Source of the DNA: Promethearchaeota archaeon Loki_b32
GTDB taxonomy: Archaea > Asgardarchaeota > Lokiarchaeia > Sigyniarchaeales > SOKP01
Reading direction: 5' to 3'
NCBI GenBank assembly: GCA_005223125.1
Contig: NJBH01000002.1
Coordinates: 32,001-96,000, forward strand
DNA: 64,000 nucleotides
Shown piece by piece: positions 9,458 to 19,283 of this stretch. The notes below the pieces were generated by a model. That model saw only the letters and a program-made list of their open reading frames with translations, made no database searches and was not told the DNA's origin. Positions within the stretch are counted from its first letter, which is position 1; every line of letters begins with the position of its first letter. A program made the position numbers and the translations under genes.

Positions 9458-11368
9458 CTATCTATTTAAAGTGTTCATATAATTCAAAATATACTTCCGA
9501 TTACTTTCTGAAATCTTATAAAGATTAAAGACTAATGTATCTATTTGTTTCTGGAGGTTCTCCAATTCACCAATGTTTTCTAAAATTGTCACCACCATTT
9601 CTATTATTTTTTTAGCTTTTTGCTTTTCCTTATCATTAATTGGTATTTTAATGGGAAAATCTTTAATTTTTTCAATCAAAATTCTTGGAAATAACTTTTT
9701 ATATGTACCAAATGATTTTATGAAAAAATAAGATAACAACATTGAATTTATTATTCCCAATAGGTAAAAATGATTGAATTCAGAGATATGTGACTGCTTG
9801 ATTTTTAAATTATAAAAAGATTGAGAAGTTAAAGATAAATTTTTTTCATATGTCGCACAAATTTTACTATTTTGGCTTAATTGTCTAATTACTATTCGAT
9901 CTTCATAGAGACTAAACTTTTTATAATTTATTCCAACTTTGGATATATCGATATACTTATATTGAGTTTTCTGATATCGTCTAATTGAGTATAAATATAA
10001 TTTGAAATTTTCTTTTAGGGCATCTTCAGGAAGGGTGTCGTAAATTATTTTTTCAATCTTTTGCTTATTTAACTGAGCATCACATACACGGCATTTTAAA
10101 AGTTTTTTAGGAACTGGTGTAAATTTTTTACAATTCTCACAATAAATTATCTCTCCTGTTTTAGTTAACTCAACTCCTCTACTTAAAATAAATTTGAATT
10201 CAGGATTATTATCTATATCCTTTAATCTAATGAAATTTTCGGTTAAGTGCTTTATTATAGAGATGTCAGTCTTATTTAAGTGGATTAGAAATTGATAGTT
10301 CCATTTTTCAATTATATCTTGTGGGATGGCCATTTCTTGATTTAATGTTTTTAAATTAATTTGATTCTCAATCCTCTCTAATTTATTAAATTCCTTTTCC
10401 AAAATTATGATTATATTCGAAACAATAGGATCATTAAATTTTGGACCCGTATGGTAAATCTCTTTAATTTTTGTTGAATTATATATATATTTCCTGATGA
10501 CTGATCGATTTGATAAAGCTAAAAGGGAGTCAGGGACAATATAACCCAAAATACCATGGTTTTTTAGAATTCTTATTCCGAGTTCTATAAAAATCTGATA
10601 ATAATCATATTGGCCATCGTTTGTCTTAAAATCGAGACTTTCAATTAATTTTCTTTGATCTTGAGGAATATCTCTAATAAATAGATAAGGAGGATTTCCT
10701 ACAACATAATTATACTTTACCGAATAGTCTATCGTTAAAGCATTAAAATTCTTGATATTAAATTGAGGTAATTGATAATTGGATTCTGATTTTCTTATTA
10801 ACTTTAAAATCTCAAAAATAACAAAATAAATATTAATTTGGCATAAAATACAGGCATTTTGATTAACATCTACTCCAACGATATTTTCATTAACTTTTGA
10901 AATTATAGCTTTAGCTTCATTTGTCGTCAATTGAGAAATTTCCTTTTTTCCATAAATTTCGAGACATCTTATTATAAGGATTCTAATTGCTTGTATAATA
11001 AAGCTCCCAGAACCGCAACTAATATCAATAATTGTTTTATCCTCTATATTGTTAGAACTATTATAGCCAATTACGCTTAAAATATAATTTACTATCGAAA
11101 TTGGAGTATAAAATTCACCCATTTTCTTTTTTTCTTTATGACTTAAAGTGTTTTCATATAATTTACTAAAAATATCATACTCTAGCCTATTTAAATTGTC
11201 ATTTACTCTGGTTGTTTCTTTAACTTTGATATTCTCTAATGAAATGAGATTTTCAAGCAATTTATTTAAAATAAGTTGGTTAGCCTGAGTAGTAGAACTA
11301 TCTTTATAGAAAAAATTTAAACTTTCAATGATTTTTTCTTTTTTTAGATATTTAATGAAATCTTGCAT
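9458..11368 (-). CDS. N6-adenine DNA methyltransferase (gamma class, Eco57I/TaqI-like) with TaqI-C-like target recognition region
   Basis: GEFYTP, DISCGSGSF, VVGNPPY, GYIVPDS, YLLGIINS..LSYFF; CENC/CRVC Zn-ribbon insert. Confidence 0.88.
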   Translation of the reverse strand: MQDFIKYLKKEKIIESLNFFYKDSSTTQANQLILNKLLENLISLENIKVKETTRVNDNLNRLEYDIFSKLYENTLSHKEKKKMGEFYTPISIVNYILSVIGYNSSNNIEDKTIIDISCGSGSFIIQAIRILIIRCLEIYGKKEISQLTTNEAKAIISKVNENIVGVDVNQNACILCQINIYFVIFEILKLIRKSESNYQLPQFNIKNFNALTIDYSVKYNYVVGNPPYLFIRDIPQDQRKLIESLDFKTNDGQYDYYQIFIELGIRILKNHGILGYIVPDSLLALSNRSVIRKYIYNSTKIKEIYHTGPKFNDPIVSNIIIILEKEFNKLERIENQINLKTLNQEMAIPQDIIEKWNYQFLIHLNKTDISIIKHLTENFIRLKDIDNNPEFKFILSRGVELTKTGEIIYCENCKKFTPVPKKLLKCRVCDAQLNKQKIEKIIYDTLPEDALKENFKLYLYSIRRYQKTQYKYIDISKVGINYKKFSLYEDRIVIRQLSQNSKICATYEKNLSLTSQSFYNLKIKQSHISEFNHFYLLGIINSMLLSYFFIKSFGTYKKLFPRILIEKIKDFPIKIPINDKEKQKAKKIIEMVVTILENIGELENLQKQIDTLVFNLYKISESNRKYILNYMNTLNR

Positions 11369-11583
11369 TTGATACTAAAATTTAATCCCGTTTCTTTAAG
11401 ATTAAATTATAAGTGTATATCTTTTTTTTTATTTGTATTTTAATATAAGCAAATAAATATCGATTTTGCCTAATATAATTGAAGATACGAGAAATTGATA
11501 AACATACACCTAAAAAATGACAAATATAAATAATTATATTCTATATTTTTTTTGTTAGATTATAAGGAATTCATGAATAAATT

Positions 11584-12684
11584 ATGATTATAAATATCCT
11601 TCTGATTATAGCTTCAGTAATGATATCTATTATTGGAATTTTTTACGTTTATCTCAATCGGGAGAATTTGGGTGATACTCTATCCATAATTTTAAATATA
11701 ATCTTATTATTAATTCTGGGTATTTTTTTCCTCTCGTCATTTCTCTTATCCACAGATGTAAATTTAAATGAAGATGTTGTGTTAATTTTATGGTATATCT
11801 CAATTATTTTTTGGGTGTTTTCTATAAGTATATTGAGTGTTATTCAAAAATTTATCATTAAATTTGAAGAAAAAACTATACTTATAACAATCTTTTATTC
11901 ACTTATAATTGGAATAATTCTGGGTTTGAGTTTTCTTTCCAATTCATTTACAATAAATTTGAAGAGTGATAGTTATGAATTTATATTCCAGAATTTATTA
12001 TTACTGTACCTTCTATTAAGTTATAATATTATTATAATAATTGTAATGTGTTATAATCTCATAAGATATTTCATGAGGCTTCGTGATAGTACCTCTCAAA
12101 AAATAATAAGCATACTCACCTTTCAATTTTGTTTTCTTATTATTTTATATTCCATTTATATTATTACTCAAAATATCACTTTCAGATATCTTTATGCAGT
12201 TTTTTATCTTATAGGCGCAATTTTAGCAAGTTATTTTATAATTACTAAACCATTTCTATTTATTGAACTTACCAATAAAATTCATGACTTCATTATCTTC
12301 CATAGAAGTGGAATTCTTTTGTATTCATATAATTTCGAAACTGGACAAGAAACTGATGAATCTCTCTTAAAAGGATCAATTCTTATTGGGATTAATCACA
12401 TTCTTTCTAATTTTATTGATAAAAAAGATCAGTTAAATCTTATTAAAATGAAGAATAGGGATATTATTCTTGAATATGACAATACTCATGGTTATGCACT
12501 TTTATTAACTGCTAATCATAAAAACAAATTTATAGATAAAGCAGTCAATAGCTTTATGACAAAATTTACTTCATTAAATGGAGAAAAATTGAAAAATTTA
12601 AATGGGTTAATTGATGTTTCAGAATTTAGGAATGCAAAGGAAATTATTATAGAAAATTTTGAACCTTTTATTAAAAAAAAATAA
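11584..12684 (+). CDS. Multi-TM (about 7 helices) membrane protein with C-terminal longin/roadblock-like domain
   Basis: About 7 hydrophobic segments followed by a soluble domain FIIFHRSGILLYSYNF...ILIGINHILSNF...GYALLL. Confidence 0.7.
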   Translation: MIINILLIIASVMISIIGIFYVYLNRENLGDTLSIILNIILLLILGIFFLSSFLLSTDVNLNEDVVLILWYISIIFWVFSISILSVIQKFIIKFEEKTILITIFYSLIIGIILGLSFLSNSFTINLKSDSYEFIFQNLLLLYLLLSYNIIIIIVMCYNLIRYFMRLRDSTSQKIISILTFQFCFLIILYSIYIITQNITFRYLYAVFYLIGAILASYFIITKPFLFIELTNKIHDFIIFHRSGILLYSYNFETGQETDESLLKGSILIGINHILSNFIDKKDQLNLIKMKNRDIILEYDNTHGYALLLTANHKNKFIDKAVNSFMTKFTSLNGEKLKNLNGLIDVSEFRNAKEIIIENFEPFIKKK

Positions 12685-12876
12685 AGTATTTAAAAAGAAA
12701 ACATCAATGATAATTAGATTTTAGTTTCGTTGATTAAATCTGCTTTTTTGACACTTAATTAAAATAAAAAAAATTATATTTATGACCATATGTTCATATT
12801 CAATAAGGCTAATATATTTTTAATGAAATCACATAAATTATAGAATAAAATAAAGTACTTTTATTAAATTCAAATT

Positions 12877-13995
12877 ATGGCGGAGACTCTATTAATAGCA
12901 CCAATAATAATTGGATATATTTTCATTTTATGTGTAAGTGTTTATACCTTAACTTCTATATTAATTCACCATCAAAAGTATGGAGTAAAATTAACTGTAA
13001 TTCTAAATTTCTTAGCGATTTTTAATGCTGTTATGATTTATTCAACAATTTACTTCATTTCTGTCATCTTCTTCTATACTGAAGGTACTAACATTCTATT
13101 ATGGAAATTTTCTCTTATTTCTGGTTTTATTGGCTTAATTCTGATCTCTTTAATTTATGCTTTCTTAAAGGAATTTAAGAAAGTTCCATATTTCCCCTTT
13201 TTGTACTTCATGATCCTTTTTGGATTATTAATTGGTTCTTTTTTTATGCCTAATTCGGTCCAAGTTTCCATAATTTCAGATATTTCAATAATAAATTATA
13301 CATTTAATTTTATGACAGGGTTGATTATTAGCATTTTTCAATCTTCTTTTGTTATCTATTTTTTCTTCCTTTGTTACAATATATATAAAAAGGCAAGGGA
13401 TAAAGCAGCTCTGAAAGGTTTAATTATTAATTCCTTTATATTAGCATTTCCTATTTTAATGTACGTTTTTTATATTGCGACCCAAGTGTGGGTTTTTAGA
13501 GAATTACATATTTTTTCTTTATGGATTAATATCACATCAATGTGCTTCATAATAGTAAAGAAACCTGAGATTTTTTCTGAATTGACAAATAAAATATATT
13601 ATATCAACATTTACCATAAATCAGGAATATTACTGTTTTCTTACAAATTTAAAACTTCTAATAATGAGGTTGATTCAACTATATGGGGAAATATACTTAT
13701 TGGAATTAACCATATTCTCTCTGAATTTGTAGATACAAAAGACCAAATTGAAGTTCTTCAAACTGAAAATTCAGATATCATAGTGAATTACGATAACTTT
13801 GGATTTGCTGTAGTTTTAATAACCAATCATAAAAATGCGATTTTGAAAAAATTAATGGATAATTTTGCCAAAGAATTTCGTGGTAAGTATAAAAACGAAT
13901 TAACTGAAATCCAAGATCTTAATAAATTAATTAATGTCTCAGAATTCAAAGAAACAAAAGATATTATAGAAAAAAATTTCCAAATATATCTATGA
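12877..13995 (+). CDS. Multi-TM (about 7 helices) membrane protein with C-terminal longin/roadblock-like domain; paralog of 11584..12684
   Basis: Same architecture; shared ELTNKI, HKSGILLFSYKF, ILIGINHILS, LINVSEFK.K.II. Confidence 0.7.
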   Translation: MAETLLIAPIIIGYIFILCVSVYTLTSILIHHQKYGVKLTVILNFLAIFNAVMIYSTIYFISVIFFYTEGTNILLWKFSLISGFIGLILISLIYAFLKEFKKVPYFPFLYFMILFGLLIGSFFMPNSVQVSIISDISIINYTFNFMTGLIISIFQSSFVIYFFFLCYNIYKKARDKAALKGLIINSFILAFPILMYVFYIATQVWVFRELHIFSLWINITSMCFIIVKKPEIFSELTNKIYYINIYHKSGILLFSYKFKTSNNEVDSTIWGNILIGINHILSEFVDTKDQIEVLQTENSDIIVNYDNFGFAVVLITNHKNAILKKLMDNFAKEFRGKYKNELTEIQDLNKLINVSEFKETKDIIEKNFQIYL

Positions 13996-14108
13996 TTTAT
14001 TCTTCTACTTAAAATTGGACTCCAGAAATCATAAATATATCACAAATTTATCTTATTATAAAATAAAATCACAATATAATAAAAGTAAAAAAAAGGAGCC
14101 AATAAAAA

Positions 14109-14669
14109 GTGTCATTAAAATTCTGCCCTAAATGTGGAAATAAATTAGAACCAGACACAACATTTTGTCCTGGTTGTGGTGTGGATTTAAAATCGAGAAC
14201 AGAGGTTTCAAAAACTGCAGTCGATAAAGAAGAGGGAGAATACGCTGAATTATTACCAAGAATAATTGCTCTCTTCATAGACGGGATAATAATTGGTATA
14301 ATTAGTTCAAGCCTTTCAGTGGCAATATTAGTGTCTTGGATACCCTTTAATATTTTTGATCCTTTTGGAGGGTTATGGTTTGTATCTTTTCCTTTTAACT
14401 GGGTCATTGGATTTCTGTACTCATGGTTATTTGAAACATATAATAATGGTCAAACTGTTGGCAAAATAGTTTTAAATTTAAGAACTGTAGATGAAAAAAC
14501 TCTTGGTCCAGCAAGTCCAAGCAATTATGCAATTAATAATCTGTTAAAACCTTCTGGTTTAATAATACTGGATTTCATTATTGGAGTTATGAAAAATTCT
14601 GGAGACCCTAAAAACCGATACAGAATAATGCAAAATGTATCTGAAACAGTTGTAATAACAACTAAATAA
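14109..14669 (+). CDS. Zinc-ribbon and RDD family membrane protein
   Basis: CPKCG...CPGCG; RIIALFIDGII; GQTVGKIVLNLRTV. Confidence 0.85.
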   Translation: MSLKFCPKCGNKLEPDTTFCPGCGVDLKSRTEVSKTAVDKEEGEYAELLPRIIALFIDGIIIGIISSSLSVAILVSWIPFNIFDPFGGLWFVSFPFNWVIGFLYSWLFETYNNGQTVGKIVLNLRTVDEKTLGPASPSNYAINNLLKPSGLIILDFIIGVMKNSGDPKNRYRIMQNVSETVVITTK

Positions 14670-14696
14670 TTTTATTATTGGGAGATGTAATAATTT

Positions 14697-15317
14697 ATGA
14701 AACCCGATTTGGATAGCATTATAAGTTTAACAAAAGAGCATATTAAACCCTCATGCGAAGTATCAGGAAGAACTTTTCAAGATTATCCTACTTCAATACT
14801 TATGTTTCCTGATGAGATTGAAAGAAAGGAAAAAATCAAATTTGGATTCGAAATGATTCTTAAATATGGTATTCTTCGTGGCGAAGTTTATGCTACTTCT
14901 CCAAATTTAGAAGGAATAGCTGTCTGGTTGCCTCCAAAAAAAGTTCATCAGAGTATTTGGAGTCTTATTAGATGTGGGGGATTTCACGTTATGCGTAAAA
15001 CTGGTCTAAAAGCAATGAAGAAAGGGAAGCCTCTGCATGATTATATGGGTCCCGCACATAAACGCCTTGTGCCCTTTGATCACTGGTATTTACAATCAAT
15101 TGCTGTTGAGCCGGAAGAACAAAGAAAAGGCTATGGAGGCCTCCTCTTAAAGGCGATGATAACAAAAATCGATAGAGAAGGATTACCTATTTATTTAGAA
15201 ACTAATACAGAAAAAAATGTGTCATTCTATCAGAATTATGGTTTTAAAGTTGTTGAACATGTTATAGTACCTAAAACTGAGGTCCCTTTTTGGTGCATGT
15301 TAAGAAATAATAGTTAA
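14697..15317 (+). CDS. GNAT family N-acetyltransferase
   Basis: HWYLQSIAVEPEEQRKGYGGLL; IYLET..EKNVSFYQNYGF. Confidence 0.88.
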   Translation: MKPDLDSIISLTKEHIKPSCEVSGRTFQDYPTSILMFPDEIERKEKIKFGFEMILKYGILRGEVYATSPNLEGIAVWLPPKKVHQSIWSLIRCGGFHVMRKTGLKAMKKGKPLHDYMGPAHKRLVPFDHWYLQSIAVEPEEQRKGYGGLLLKAMITKIDREGLPIYLETNTEKNVSFYQNYGFKVVEHVIVPKTEVPFWCMLRNNS

Positions 15318-15492
15318 AATTAGATTGAATTTAATTGAATGATAATATTTTTTCAATTTTTAAACGTATTATCTTATTTTCTCTTTTCTTTCTTTTATTT
15401 CATCAGAAAATTATTACTATCTAAACATTTAAAAAGCTACATTTTTATGGATAACCACAGAGAATATATTATCATAATAATAATTAATATAA

Positions 15493-15708
15493 ATGGTTAA
15501 TATAATGGAATTAGTAGCCCAAGATGTTGAATGGAAAACTGATTGGAATGTTATTGTTGGAATTTTTGAGACGATTGATCATCTAAAATCATTATTTAAG
15601 AAGATTGATGTTACCTATTTGAGGGAAATACAACAAAAAATGTTAATTCTTAACCTTGAGAAATATGCTTGGTCATTACAAAATTACATCATTGAGAAAT
15701 ATTCATAA
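15493..15708 (+). CDS. Small hypothetical protein
   Basis: Isolated 71-aa ORF with protein-like composition. Confidence 0.6.
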   Translation: MVNIMELVAQDVEWKTDWNVIVGIFETIDHLKSLFKKIDVTYLREIQQKMLILNLEKYAWSLQNYIIEKYS

Positions 15709-15880
15709 ATTTATAAATATATATTTCCGCCCCACTCTATAGAGAAATCTATATCCATTTCTCTACCTAACCTTTAAGTAACTTAACTTTTATTAAACAA
15801 AAAATAGAATTATAATTAATATTTATAAATCTATTTCACAGCTTTAGGATTAGATCTCCGTTAAGGATGAATAAAATTTC

Positions 15881-16594
15881 TTATTTTTTCTTTAATTTTT
15901 TCAAAATTTCAATAAAATCAACTCTTAACATGAGAAATACTGTAATTACAGTAAAATAAAGAGTGACTATACTAAGTATCCAATTTTCTCCTCCTAAAAA
16001 CATACAAATATAGAATATATTATAGGCAAAAATTAGCATTAATCCAAGTTTTCCAAACCATACCCAAAAAATTGTTTTCTTAACATCGTATTTTATCAAT
16101 CCTAAAGGTATAGTTATCATATCATCATTTAATGGCGTAAGTCCAAAAAGATATATGAGGAATGGGGCTATTTTTGGGTGATCCACCAAATATTGTTGAT
16201 ATTTTTTCAAATTTTCACTTCTTTCTGTTGAAATTAATTCAGAAGCCCCCCTACCAACTAAATATCCACCCATCTCTCCAACTAAACATCCTAATGAAGC
16301 TATAAAACCTACTAATAGAGGAATAAAAACATTCAATTCTCGAAAAGGTAGAGCACTAAAACACACTACAAAAGTATATGGTGTAGGAACTGGAAGTAGA
16401 TTTCCAATCATACAAACCAAAAAAGTAATAAAAAGACCAGAGCCCAAATCTTGAAATTGAGGAAATCTTGAGATATTTTCTATAGCATCCCTATGAGAAG
16501 CATTTATTAAAAGATCTATCGAAATAATTGTCAAAATTGTTAATATTATGAATAAAATAAAGTCAATCTTTTTAAGTTTCAATTTAGGTAGCAC
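15881..16594 (-). CDS. VTT/DedA (SNARE-associated) family membrane protein
   Basis: LPVPTPY, GEMGGYLVGRG, FGLTPLNDDMITIPLG, GK motifs. Confidence 0.85.
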   Translation of the reverse strand: MLPKLKLKKIDFILFIILTILTIISIDLLINASHRDAIENISRFPQFQDLGSGLFITFLVCMIGNLLPVPTPYTFVVCFSALPFRELNVFIPLLVGFIASLGCLVGEMGGYLVGRGASELISTERSENLKKYQQYLVDHPKIAPFLIYLFGLTPLNDDMITIPLGLIKYDVKKTIFWVWFGKLGLMLIFAYNIFYICMFLGGENWILSIVTLYFTVITVFLMLRVDFIEILKKLKKK

Positions 16595-16655
16595 ATTTTA
16601 TCTGGTAATTTAGGTAAAAGATTTTAAATTAAATAATTAATGTATCTGGAGAATT

Positions 16656-16808
16656 TTAGGGCAAAGAACTTATAATAAAAACTATACTTAAAATAATACT
16701 TAAGAACATCACAAACATAATTATTAAACCATAACTTCTTCTCTTTGTCTGTTTCCTTCTTAAAACAGCTCTTCGTTGTTGAGATGGACTTCGTCTAACG
16801 TGAGACAT
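16656..16808 (-). CDS. Small tail-anchored membrane protein (50 aa)
   Basis: Manual translation MSHVRRSPSQQRRAVLRRKQTKRRSYGLIIMFVMFLSIILSIVFIISSLP: basic N-terminus and C-terminal TM helix; lies between co-oriented genes. Confidence 0.65.
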   Translation of the reverse strand: MSHVRRSPSQQRRAVLRRKQTKRRSYGLIIMFVMFLSIILSIVFIISSLP

Positions 16809-16837
16809 TTTTTTCTTTAGAATAAGATATTATAATT

Positions 16838-17533
16838 TTAATTGTTTTTCTTATCAGTTTTCTGTAAAAGTTCAATTAATACAACCTTATTGAATGAAAA
16901 GAGCATTCTAGGGATATATTTTTCTGCTAAATAGGGTCCATCATCAATATCTTCTTTTAATGGAAAAAGTTGTTTTTCTTTTATAGCTGATCCTAAATAA
17001 TTTCTGTCATACTCCTTGTACCCAAATACTTTATTTTTAACTATAACCATCTTTATTTCATATCCTTCAGGCACACCAGCTTTTTCAAGAAGTAAAAGTA
17101 TCTTCTCCCTTGATAGAGATTTAAATAATTCCAAATCTTCTTCAGTTCCTTCATAAGTAGGTCCAGTTTGTGCTTCTGTATAATCAACTTCCTCTTCTAA
17201 ACCTATAGCTATTTTGAATCCTAAAGTCTCATTACCCTCATCTACCGCTGCTATTTTAAAACCAATTCCATATCTATCTCTAATACTAGGTGCTAATTTA
17301 GCAGCAATGAATTTCATTCTGGTAGTAGTATTACTTCCATGCCAAATCCACACTCTATATCGAGTAAAATCAACAAAAAGTAATACGAAATCGGGATCTA
17401 ATAATTCTTGTATTTCTATATCTTCTTCTAACTCTAGTTCTTGAAACTCATTTAATTCATCATTATACTGAAATACAATAATTTTCTCTTTATCTAACTC
17501 TGGTAAGTTTTCGTTTGACATAATGTTGGTCAA
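16838..17533 (-). CDS. Gelsolin-domain protein (single gelsolin repeat plus C-terminal domain)
   Basis: LDPDFVLLFVD..RVWIWHGSNTTTRMKFIAAKLA...VDEGNETLGFK matches the gelsolin repeat consensus (L...D.....iyvW.G..s...ek..A...a...EG.E...F). Confidence 0.8.
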   Translation of the reverse strand: MTNIMSNENLPELDKEKIIVFQYNDELNEFQELELEEDIEIQELLDPDFVLLFVDFTRYRVWIWHGSNTTTRMKFIAAKLAPSIRDRYGIGFKIAAVDEGNETLGFKIAIGLEEEVDYTEAQTGPTYEGTEEDLELFKSLSREKILLLLEKAGVPEGYEIKMVIVKNKVFGYKEYDRNYLGSAIKEKQLFPLKEDIDDGPYLAEKYIPRMLFSFNKVVLIELLQKTDKKNN

Positions 17534-17666
17534 ATAGTTTTCAATATATAATACTATATAATTTTACTAATATATTATTATTTTTACATTTAAAATGATT
17601 GGCTCTGATTTAAGAGATTAATAATAGAAGTTCAATTATGAATTAAAATGAATTAATTAAGAAACA

Positions 17667-17751
17667 TGCGGGAAGGGAGATTTGAACTCCCGAACTCCTA
17701 CGAGAATGGGACCTGAACCCATCGCTTTTGACCAAGCTTGGCTATTCCCGC
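17667..17751 (-). tRNA. tRNA-Leu (CAG)
   Basis: GCGGGAA/TTCCCGC-A acceptor stem, anticodon arm ATGGG-TTCAGGT-CCCAT, long variable arm, GGGAGTTCAAATCTCCC T-arm. Confidence 0.96.
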
Positions 17752-17858
17752 AAAGTTTTTGTATTTTATACTAATTACTTATCTACTTATCTATTAATTA
17801 TTTTAAATTACTAAAAATTTTAACGATTTTTAAAAAATACATTTAGCTAGAGAGATAA

Positions 17859-18485
17859 ATGCAAGAACTATTGGATACATTAGAAACTCTTAAAACTAGC
17901 GAGATTAAAGAATGTATTGATGCTCGTTTAGCTGAATTTAGTATGATTAAAACCCAACCTATACATCAGATCTTTAAAGAGCTTTGTTTTTGTATCATGA
18001 CTGCTAACTGCAGTGCTGCGAAATGTATTGAAGTACATGAAACTATTGGAGAAGATTTTCTTACAGTCTCTGAAATCGGATTAGCTAACAAATTCAAAGA
18101 GTTAGGATACCGCTTTCCAAATGTGAGGTCCAGTTTTATTATTGAAGCAAGAAAAAAGATGTATCATCTAGAAAATGTTATTAAGTCTACCAATAATGGA
18201 AACCAATTAAGAGATTGGATTGTTAAAAATATAAAGGGTATTGGATATAAAGAAGCTAGCCATTTCTTAAGAAATATAGGTTTTAATGAGTATGCAATTA
18301 TAGATTTTCATATTATTAACCTTTTAGCTAAATATAATATTGTGGAAAAACCAAAAACGATGACAAAAACAAAGTATCTCGAAATTGAAGAAATATTGAA
18401 AAACATAGGAAACAAATTGAAATTAAACATGGCAGAATTGGATCTTTATTTATGGTACTTGGAAACAGGAAAGATTCTCAAATAA
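17859..18485 (+). CDS. ogg: 8-oxoguanine DNA glycosylase/AP lyase (archaeal/Thermotoga type)
   Basis: ELCFCIMTAN, GYRFPNVR, HhH IKGIGYKEASHFLRN, AIIDFHI, C-terminal DLYLWYLETGKILK. Confidence 0.93.
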   Translation: MQELLDTLETLKTSEIKECIDARLAEFSMIKTQPIHQIFKELCFCIMTANCSAAKCIEVHETIGEDFLTVSEIGLANKFKELGYRFPNVRSSFIIEARKKMYHLENVIKSTNNGNQLRDWIVKNIKGIGYKEASHFLRNIGFNEYAIIDFHIINLLAKYNIVEKPKTMTKTKYLEIEEILKNIGNKLKLNMAELDLYLWYLETGKILK

Positions 18486-18587
18486 TCGTAGTTATTCATT
18501 AACTGAATTGGTCTTAAAATCTTTTTATTTAATAATTTGAACAGTAGGTATATAAAAAAAAATTAGAAAAAAAAGTTGTTAATCTTT

Positions 18588-19283
18588 TTACAAATTTTGT
18601 CCACACCCTGGACAAAATTTAGCTTCTGCACTCGGTATTTTTTCACCACAAGCAGGACAAAATTTAATGCTTTGAGATTCCTCAATGGGAATAGGTTGGG
18701 AAATAGCTTCACTTACTAGTGCTTCCTCTTTACTCACTGGTGTAATATCTTTACTTATTGGAGTAATTTCCATTTGTTCCTTTCCAACACTTTTACTAAT
18801 AATATATCCTAAGATTGACAGGCCCCCCGAAATGAAGGGAGCAATTGCTCCGAAACTGGGATCAAAAATGTCCCAAAAACTTAATTGCATGTCATAATTT
18901 ATCATCCCATATATCATATAACCTACCTCCGTTCCTGCAATATAGTAGATAGCCCCTCCAATAAATAAAATACCTAATACGATCCAAGAAGCAGGTGCAT
19001 CACTTTTTCTATGGGTGAGAGAGGAAATGAACATAATAATTGTGCTAGTTAGCATTAAAATTAGGCAGACAATCCCCACAATCATTAGAATAGGGATATC
19101 GACAAATCCGAATTCGGGAGTTCCTCTTCCTAAAATTACATAAAAACCATCCATATATTGAAGTAATTGACCTGATCCAGAAGAAATAACTGCTGCAGGT
19201 GTGAAAATGCTAATTGCTGCGAGTATACTTCCGATAAAAGGTAAAATCCAAATATAATCTCTAATTCCAGACATATTTTTCAA
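18588..19283 (-). CDS. Membrane protein (4 TM) with C-terminal zinc ribbon
   Basis: Four hydrophobic helices followed by FCPACG...FCPGCG. Confidence 0.75.
   Translation of the reverse strand: MKNMSGIRDYIWILPFIGSILAAISIFTPAAVISSGSGQLLQYMDGFYVILGRGTPEFGFVDIPILMIVGIVCLILMLTSTIIMFISSLTHRKSDAPASWIVLGILFIGGAIYYIAGTEVGYMIYGMINYDMQLSFWDIFDPSFGAIAPFISGGLSILGYIISKSVGKEQMEITPISKDITPVSKEEALVSEAISQPIPIEESQSIKFCPACGEKIPSAEAKFCPGCGQNL

Noticed and set aside
15740-15765. 9-bp inverted repeat TAGAGAAAT/ATTTCTCTA (similar isolated one at 56097-56119)
   Set aside because: Single occurrences with no assignable function; may be ordinary terminators or operators
16656-16808. Possible ribosomal protein L39e, or Sec61beta, from the Arg-rich start
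   Set aside because: L39e has no TM helix and the characteristic motifs of both are absent; kept as an unknown microprotein
17667-17751. tRNA-Leu as an integration site
   Set aside because: No duplicated tRNA 3' end, integrase or viral genes seen in the window
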